Source: an uncultured archaeon
GTDB lineage: Archaea > Asgardarchaeota > Thorarchaeia > Thorarchaeales > Thorarchaeaceae
Length of the DNA: 18,865 nucleotides
Assembly: GCA_964590575.1 (NCBI GenBank)
Contig: CAZPWM010000060.1
Location: 1 to 18,865, forward strand
Reading direction: 5' to 3'
A program made the translations under genes and the position numbers. Below the pieces are notes generated by a model. The model was not told the origin of the DNA. It did not search any database and saw only the letters and a list, made by a program, of their open reading frames with translations. Every line of letters begins with the position of its first letter. Position 1 is the first letter of the stretch. Positions 8,381 through 14,647 of this stretch are shown here, piece by piece.

Positions 8381-10231
8381 TTATCCACCTAGATTACGAG
8401 TTCGCTGAACATAAAGAAGTGCACCGATTAGAGCAATTGACAATAATGGTACTGAAATCCAAGTCACCGGGATTTCCATTGCTTCAGGTACTTGAGGGTT
8501 CGTATGGTTAATATACTCCTGAAGATTGGTTATGCCATCCCCATCCGCATCAAGCATTGAGTCGTCAACTAATGGGTCCAGTCCGTTTGCTACTTCCCAA
8601 TAATCGTCCATAGCGTCTGAGTCGGAATCAGTAGAGAATAAGTTGAGTCCTCTAGAGTATTCTTGAGCATTACTAAGGTGGTCACCATCTGCATCCTCAT
8701 TTGCATCTGCGGGATTCAGAGGATCTAGTCCATTATCCACCTCGAATTTATCGGGCATTGTATCTCCATCACTGTCTGCACTCATCAAATCTGTGCCGAG
8801 GAAAATCTCTTGAGCATCACTAAGTTCATCCCCATCTTGGTCTGACTCGAAGAGACCCGCGTCAATCCAGAATTCATGAGAATCCCCGACATCATTGCCA
8901 TCTATATCTGCGTTAAAGGAGAGCTTGAGTTCATAGCCAACTGGAAGCACATGGTCTTTGAATACCACAAGAGTGTACAATCCCTTTGTGGTTAATGATG
9001 GACTGAACACATTAGTGGGTTCCCAGGCTGATGAGTGGTTGAAAATTCCGGATGACACAAGTCCGCCTGAGGGGTTGAGTAAAAAGAATGATGATGAACC
9101 TCCAAACCATCTAGCTGTGAAATTCAGTGTTGTTGGGGTACTTATTGGAATGTAAAACGTTCTAGTCGTGGGGATGGAGAGAGTGAAGTTGTAGTTCAAT
9201 ATTGTCCGTTCACCATATGTTCTACCCATGATGTGTGCCATACTAGCACCAATTACTGCAGTTGTTTCACGACCAAGATTGTAGTTGAACTGATAGTAGT
9301 CCCATTTATCATTCCCATTGTGATATGACATGTCACTAAGATAGCCCGACTCAAAAGCACACATGGAATGAAAGCCCCTGTTGTAAAATGCGTAGTGATC
9401 AGATAATTGCCAAGCCACGAATTCAATTGATGGAATGGGGACTATCAAGTCATCCCCAATATTGTTACTCATCATGCGAGCAAGTTCCGCCCAATATTGT
9501 CCGAGGTGATATCCCGATTGTCCCCCCATCTCATATCCCATCTGAATTCGCTCGTCTGAAGGCGCACTTGTATCTTGAACCAGAATAGTGTCGACATTAT
9601 AGAGCATCAAGAGCTCAATTCCTCTATTGTTGAATTCAATAGCAACCTCTGGACTCCCTTGCATAAACCGATAGCCGAATAGACCATTGAATGCAATGAA
9701 GTATATGTCAAGTGGCCATTCATACTGTGACATGACCTTTGCAAGTTCTAAAACTGCTGCGATACCGCTCCCATCACAATTCGCACCGTCTGAGAAATCT
9801 GGTGAGTCATAGTGTGCTGAAACAGCAAATGCTGGATTATCCCCTGGGAGGTATCCAGGCAGCTTTCCAACTATGTTTTTGTAGTTCCCAACTTCTTCAA
9901 CTTCGATTCTACCTTTTGAGAGTGTCACAAGGCTCTCTTCAATATATTCTCGGGCATTTCTGTTTCCTTCCAAATTAATCTCAGCCGCGTTCATTATGAA
10001 TCTGGTTCCAATTTCAGAAATCTCCCTCACGAAGTTTCTGTAGTCTGTGGTTTTGACACTGGAATAGATGATTTCTGACAGGTCTGTTCCATACACCCTC
10101 GGAGTAGATTCAGACACCACCTGCGCTGGAATGGCACCAATTGTAGAATTGAGGGTTTCATCATTCAAGATTGGGACTGGTGTAGCACAAAGTAATATGA
10201 TCAAGAACCCTAGAAACAAATACCGTTCCAT
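8381..10231 (-). CDS. M28 peptidase paralogue with remodelled, probably non-proteolytic active site; same domain architecture as its neighbour
   Basis: Signal peptide; SAHYDS retained; GANCDGSG (Asp to Cys); FNGLFG in place of NAEE; NVDT, SDH and YHNGND retained; Asp-rich repeats and C-terminal TM helix. Confidence 0.88.
   Translation of the reverse strand: MERYLFLGFLIILLCATPVPILNDETLNSTIGAIPAQVVSESTPRVYGTDLSEIIYSSVKTTDYRNFVREISEIGTRFIMNAAEINLEGNRNAREYIEESLVTLSKGRIEVEEVGNYKNIVGKLPGYLPGDNPAFAVSAHYDSPDFSDGANCDGSGIAAVLELAKVMSQYEWPLDIYFIAFNGLFGYRFMQGSPEVAIEFNNRGIELLMLYNVDTILVQDTSAPSDERIQMGYEMGGQSGYHLGQYWAELARMMSNNIGDDLIVPIPSIEFVAWQLSDHYAFYNRGFHSMCAFESGYLSDMSYHNGNDKWDYYQFNYNLGRETTAVIGASMAHIMGRTYGERTILNYNFTLSIPTTRTFYIPISTPTTLNFTARWFGGSSSFFLLNPSGGLVSSGIFNHSSAWEPTNVFSPSLTTKGLYTLVVFKDHVLPVGYELKLSFNADIDGNDVGDSHEFWIDAGLFESDQDGDELSDAQEIFLGTDLMSADSDGDTMPDKFEVDNGLDPLNPADANEDADGDHLSNAQEYSRGLNLFSTDSDSDAMDDYWEVANGLDPLVDDSMLDADGDGITNLQEYINHTNPQVPEAMEIPVTWISVPLLSIALIGALLYVQRTRNLGG
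8500..8910 (-). repeat. Protein-level TSP3-like Asp-rich repeats
   Basis: DIDGNDVGD, DQDGDELSD, DSDGDTMPD, DADGDHLSN, DSDSDAMDD, DADGDGITN; boundaries approximate. Confidence 0.85.
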
Positions 10232-10242
10232 GAAGCCAGGTC

Positions 10243-10262
10243 TTATTGATTCTCCTCAATAA
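10243..10262. promoter_or_regulatory. Perfect inverted repeat TTATTGA-N6-TCAATAA, candidate operator
   Basis: 7-bp arms in the divergent intergenic region, 11 nt upstream of the 10231 ATG. Confidence 0.45.
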
Positions 10263-10316
10263 TGTTGCCCTACACGCACTAGAGTTAGATATTTCAGGGT
10301 TTTTGATACTGAATAA

Positions 10317-11618
10317 GTGTCTAAAATCAAGGTTGAAAAATCAATGCCGCTAGTAGATTTTCCCACAATCGTCAAAATTAAGGACCCTATTCATGGATAC
10401 GTTTCATTAACAGCTCTGGAAAAAGAGATTATAGATTTGCGACTTAGTCAAAGACTCCGTTATATACAAGCCCCCGCAGGACTCTCTCTGGTCTATCCTG
10501 GTGCTGTCACATCCTTGATGGGTCGGACATTTGGATTCATGCATATGACTGAGGTTTTTCTCGAATATCTTGGCGGGGACATGGATGAGGTACTCAAGGG
10601 TCGACTAGCATCCTTATTACTCATGTTGACTAACGGTCCATGGGCGAATATATCTGAAGAATATCTTTCTGTGCGTGGCATTGATAGACCAAAGATTACT
10701 CGGATAATCGTCGAAGAATCCAAAGTGGGAGAGCTTGTAGAAAAACATGGGTTCACAATAAATGAGGTGGTTGAACTCATTCAGAAAGGAATCCCCGTCA
10801 AGGGAATTCGTCTTGATCTTATTCACTGCCCAATCAATCCCGAATTGATTGATGATCTCGAGCGAGACTCGTATTTTGCCGGAGTTGAATATGCTCAGCT
10901 AGAGTTTAGGCGACTCTTTACAGCAACTAGGATTGCGAAGAACAAGATTGCAGTCGAGCGTAGTTCTCTGTTCACACTCGAGTCTTACCTATCTGCTGCT
11001 GCAAATATGTTTGAAGCTGTCTATTTCCATAAAACGGTACGAGCTGCAGAGCTCATGTTACTCAGAGTGCTCGATGAAGCAGGGTCTCAACTGTTCTGTC
11101 TACCGACAGAGGATTCCGAATCATTTCTTAAATGTGATGACCTGACTTTTCTGTACCGTTTACTCCACGTTTCTCCTGATGATACTGAAGAGCTGCGTAC
11201 TGCGAATCGTATCTATGATGATTTCAGTAAAAGGAATCTTATCAAATTGACAAGTTCGAGATCTATCTCAGACCCAGCATTCTTATCAAGACTTTCTACC
11301 GCTGATGGTTTGTATGAACTGGAGAAGGAGATAGCAGATGATGCAGGAATTGACCCCTCCCTTGTCTATGTCGACTTTCCTGATAGAGCCTCTGTGACAT
11401 TCTATCCAGGACGTTTTAGTTTTGAAGATTTGGTTCTCTTTGAGCGAGGTTCAACTGGTTATGAGTTTTGGCACGCAACTGATGTAAGTCTAATAGCTAG
11501 GAGTTTCTCCAGAATCTTGAAACCAGTGCGTGTTTACACAACTCGAGGTTATAGACCTAAACTGAAGAAGTCTGCAGATAGAGTCCTAGAAAGTGCTGAA
11601 CCGATTGAAAACAAATAG
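10317..11618 (+). CDS. SAMHD1/dNTP triphosphohydrolase-like HD-superfamily protein lacking the HD motif (pseudoenzyme)
   Basis: IKDPIHGY, QRLRYI, LVYPGA, RDSYFAGV and MFEAVYFHKTVRAAE match the family; LLLMLTNGPWAN replaces LLHDIGHGPFSH; start GTG 10317 or ATG 10344. Confidence 0.88.
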   Translation: MSKIKVEKSMPLVDFPTIVKIKDPIHGYVSLTALEKEIIDLRLSQRLRYIQAPAGLSLVYPGAVTSLMGRTFGFMHMTEVFLEYLGGDMDEVLKGRLASLLLMLTNGPWANISEEYLSVRGIDRPKITRIIVEESKVGELVEKHGFTINEVVELIQKGIPVKGIRLDLIHCPINPELIDDLERDSYFAGVEYAQLEFRRLFTATRIAKNKIAVERSSLFTLESYLSAAANMFEAVYFHKTVRAAELMLLRVLDEAGSQLFCLPTEDSESFLKCDDLTFLYRLLHVSPDDTEELRTANRIYDDFSKRNLIKLTSSRSISDPAFLSRLSTADGLYELEKEIADDAGIDPSLVYVDFPDRASVTFYPGRFSFEDLVLFERGSTGYEFWHATDVSLIARSFSRILKPVRVYTTRGYRPKLKKSADRVLESAEPIENK

Positions 11619-11680
11619 TGTGTGACATTCCGCAATATATAATATCTACAACTCTATCCGTTATATTACTGGTGAGGAAA

Positions 11681-12181
11681 ATGAGTGACAAACCTATTGC
11701 AATAATTGAACAAGTGATATCAGCGCCCAATTTCTTGATGATAGTAATTGGAGCTATAATCTGGATATTAGCTTCCTTTATACCGTTCATTGGATTTTTA
11801 TTCAGTACCGTTGGTTTCGGACTTACTACGTTTGCGACTATAGAAGCTGCTATGACGAAACCTGTGACCTCAGCACTACCTGGTTTTTTGTTGGGTGGGA
11901 TAATACGAGTCATAGGTTATCTTCTTATCTTCATTCCGTTTGCTGGCGCCATAATTAGTCCCTTTGTTATTATTCCTGGAAATGTTCTGATTCTTTTCTT
12001 TGGAGCTTCTCTAGCTCTTCAGAGGGCTGACATACCTATCGTAAAGGACCTCGAAGATTTCATCGACTCAAGGAAAAAGAAAGAAGTTCCGAAGAAAAGC
12101 GAAGAAGCCCCTAAGAAAAGCGAAGAAGTTGTAGATGTCGAAGAAGAAACTACGGACGAATCAGATACAACTGAACAATAG
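11681..12181 (+). CDS. Hypothetical membrane protein (about 4 hydrophobic segments) with charged, acidic tail
   Basis: ATG 11681 preceded by GGTGAGG; hydrophobic segments with repeated FIPF; E/K/D-rich C-terminus. Confidence 0.82.
   Translation: MSDKPIAIIEQVISAPNFLMIVIGAIIWILASFIPFIGFLFSTVGFGLTTFATIEAAMTKPVTSALPGFLLGGIIRVIGYLLIFIPFAGAIISPFVIIPGNVLILFFGASLALQRADIPIVKDLEDFIDSRKKKEVPKKSEEAPKKSEEVVDVEEETTDESDTTEQ
12092..12128 (+). repeat. 21-nt-period tandem duplication encoding PKKSEE twice
   Basis: AAGAAAAGCGAAGAAG exactly at 12092-12107 and 12113-12128. Confidence 0.9.
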
Positions 12182-12293
12182 AAGGTTGACTATTACTAAG
12201 CCTAAGGAAGGGGCTCACCTGAAATTCCCTTAATAGTGTATCATGAAAATCAGATGTACCTAACAACTCCCTATCTCTCAGTGGTGCATTGTA

Positions 12294-14570
12294 GTGTTCT
12301 CATGTACGAGATGCGGTGACTCCCTATTCATTCGCAGTGTTGATATGAAGGATAAAATCCTGACAATGGAGGTGCAGTGCCTTAGAGGACACAAAAGTGT
12401 TCGCCGCCTTTCTGAACACCAGGCAACGGAGATGGCTCCAGAAGTATTCAAACGACTCTATACCTGCACAGATTGCGGTTCTAATATGACACTTATTGAA
12501 GAACGAGGTGCTGGTACAAAAATAGAAGGTGTTTTTCTCTGTCCAATACACGGACCGCAGAAACGAGAGTTCCCATGTTCTTTTCATGCAACTGTTGAAC
12601 TAGCTGGCGCTGATGTTGACAGTCCTCGTTCAATCATTGATTCTTATAGATGCCCCCAATGTGGCCTTGTATATGCTGTCACTTCAATTGATCAACGACA
12701 AGGAGTTCTAGAGGTTGAAACACGATGCGCTAATGGTCATAAAGCTACTAGATACTTACCCCGTAGTCTTGATACTACATTGCTCAAGAATATTCTTCAA
12801 AGAGTTGTACATTGTGATCGGTGTGGCTTACCAGGGCATATAACTGATACAGAAGATCGGGGAAATACTACACGACTAACAATAGCCTGTCCTATTCATG
12901 GAACAACGAAAAAAGACATTCTTTCCGCACAAGTGGATCTTCTTCGAGAGGCTATATCTGAAATTCCTGAGGATGCAGTTGTAAAGTCGTCATTGACAGC
13001 TCATGATTGTCGCCGTTCCCTTGCAATCAGGAGCATTGAGGAGGACAAGCAAGGCTACAAACTGAAATGTGTTTGTCCGGGTACAAAAGTCCTATCTGAC
13101 AGAATTTTACCTCTCACATGGAATGAACCGGTCATTAAACGAATAACATCTGCATTACTAACTTGCGATGAGTGTGGACAGCTCACTCATATTCTTGACA
13201 AAAAGAAGCTCAAGAAAAAAGTTGGTTTCAGAATCGTCTGCCCAGTACATGGTGTGATGACTCGAGAAGCACCGCCTGATGTCTTCAAGCTAGTAGATGA
13301 ACATCAAGCTTCGATTGATCGCATGCCCTCGATTGTGAGGAGTTTGAGCTGTGAAAAATGCAGCATGCCAATGAACGTTCGTGATGTTGAGGAACGTCGT
13401 GGTCTGATTGAGTTTGATGTTGATTGTAGAAATGGACATAGGAGCAAGCGTCTATTCGTTCCAGGTCTTGATCAAAAAACCCTCATAGGTCTCTACAAAA
13501 AATTGTATCAATGCCCAGAATGCTACGAATCACTTGACCTGGTCTATATTGAACCTCGGGGTCGTGAGGACAGGGTTGTACTATTGTGCTCACTTCACGG
13601 GAAAATCGTTCTAGACATCCCGCCAGACCATGCAGAGGCGATGCAAAGCGCCTATAATGAGATGCAAGCAGACAAGATCAAACCTCCAGTTGAAGTACTT
13701 GAACACGAAACCTCAGAAATTCTCGAAGCTTCAGAAGAATCATCTTCAGGGAGTGACACTGGAGTTATTGTTCTCCGAGGTTGCGAGATTGTTGGGGGTA
13801 AGTTCGATTTCAAAGTCAAAATAAAGAATGAAAGTGGTTATGTGATTACCAACGCCACTGTTTCTATCGTTGCATATCCCCAAGACTGCATGGAACTAGC
13901 AGGAGAAAATGTCAAGACAATCTCGCGAATCGAAGTTGATGGGTTTAGGAGCCCTCAATTCACATTCTACCCGACAAAAGATTGTGTTCAAGGTAAGGTG
14001 GTTGCAACTGTATCATACATTGATTTCTTAGATCAGCTGCACACTGTGAGTGTTGAACCATATCTGATACGATCAGTGTGTGACTTGCTTCAACCCCTAA
14101 AGAAGACCTCAGAAGCATTCGAGCTTGTGTTGACCGAGCTTGAGAAGACACAGCAAGAACAGACTCTAGACTGGAACGCTCAAGTACTCTTCACTAAGGC
14201 TGAGAAGATTCTACCTGCAAAGAACTTCCACATAGTTGATAGTGAGGAAAAGATTGTACGTGGAGAATTCATTGGCACTATCAGAGGTTATGCAGAAGGA
14301 AAGTACACCCAGAAAAAAGTTGCAGTTGTCCTACTAATCACCGGTCCTGAGAATGGTCGTCATTCATGTGTGAGAGTTGAAGCATTAGGTGAGGATGTAG
14401 CTATGCTCCCAACCACAATCGATGAGTTAGCTGATACAATGGATTCATGGATATGCCTTCGATGTGGTGCACCATTAGAACCTGAACAGGTAGAAGAGAT
14501 GGGCCGGAGATTGCCAATTCGTTGCAAATACTGTGTTCACACTTTGACCATAGCTCTCTATCTACAATAG
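12294..14570 (+). CDS. Protein with eight Cys3His metal-ribbon repeats, putative adaptin-appendage-like (beta-sandwich plus platform) domain and C-terminal C4 zinc ribbon
   Basis: 758 aa; CxxC-x21-CxxGH alternating with CxxC-x21-C(P/S)xHG; acidic linker; beta-rich domain from about aa 490; CLRC...CKYC at the end; GGTG before the GTG start. Coding status is solid; the domain call is inference. Confidence 0.85.
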   Translation: MFSCTRCGDSLFIRSVDMKDKILTMEVQCLRGHKSVRRLSEHQATEMAPEVFKRLYTCTDCGSNMTLIEERGAGTKIEGVFLCPIHGPQKREFPCSFHATVELAGADVDSPRSIIDSYRCPQCGLVYAVTSIDQRQGVLEVETRCANGHKATRYLPRSLDTTLLKNILQRVVHCDRCGLPGHITDTEDRGNTTRLTIACPIHGTTKKDILSAQVDLLREAISEIPEDAVVKSSLTAHDCRRSLAIRSIEEDKQGYKLKCVCPGTKVLSDRILPLTWNEPVIKRITSALLTCDECGQLTHILDKKKLKKKVGFRIVCPVHGVMTREAPPDVFKLVDEHQASIDRMPSIVRSLSCEKCSMPMNVRDVEERRGLIEFDVDCRNGHRSKRLFVPGLDQKTLIGLYKKLYQCPECYESLDLVYIEPRGREDRVVLLCSLHGKIVLDIPPDHAEAMQSAYNEMQADKIKPPVEVLEHETSEILEASEESSSGSDTGVIVLRGCEIVGGKFDFKVKIKNESGYVITNATVSIVAYPQDCMELAGENVKTISRIEVDGFRSPQFTFYPTKDCVQGKVVATVSYIDFLDQLHTVSVEPYLIRSVCDLLQPLKKTSEAFELVLTELEKTQQEQTLDWNAQVLFTKAEKILPAKNFHIVDSEEKIVRGEFIGTIRGYAEGKYTQKKVAVVLLITGPENGRHSCVRVEALGEDVAMLPTTIDELADTMDSWICLRCGAPLEPEQVEEMGRRLPIRCKYCVHTLTIALYLQ

Positions 14571-14647
14571 AGCACTAGTATGCACACTTACGTAATATCT
14601 TTTAGGAAGTAGAGTGCATCTGACATAGTTTCATTTCCGAACGCCTA

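Noticed and set aside
10317-11618. Calling the HD-less gene (or the Cys-variant M28 gene) a pseudogene
   Set aside because: Full-length uninterrupted frames with conserved structural motifs; the changes concentrate on catalytic positions
11618-11680. GTG 11618 start for the membrane protein
   Set aside because: This stretch is AT-rich and promoter-like; ATG 11681 has a clear GGTGAGG site
12189-12237. ACTATTA...TAATAGT long-spaced inverted repeat as a structured ncRNA
   Set aside because: Only 7 bp with a 35-nt spacer and imperfect inner pairing; not distinguishable from chance
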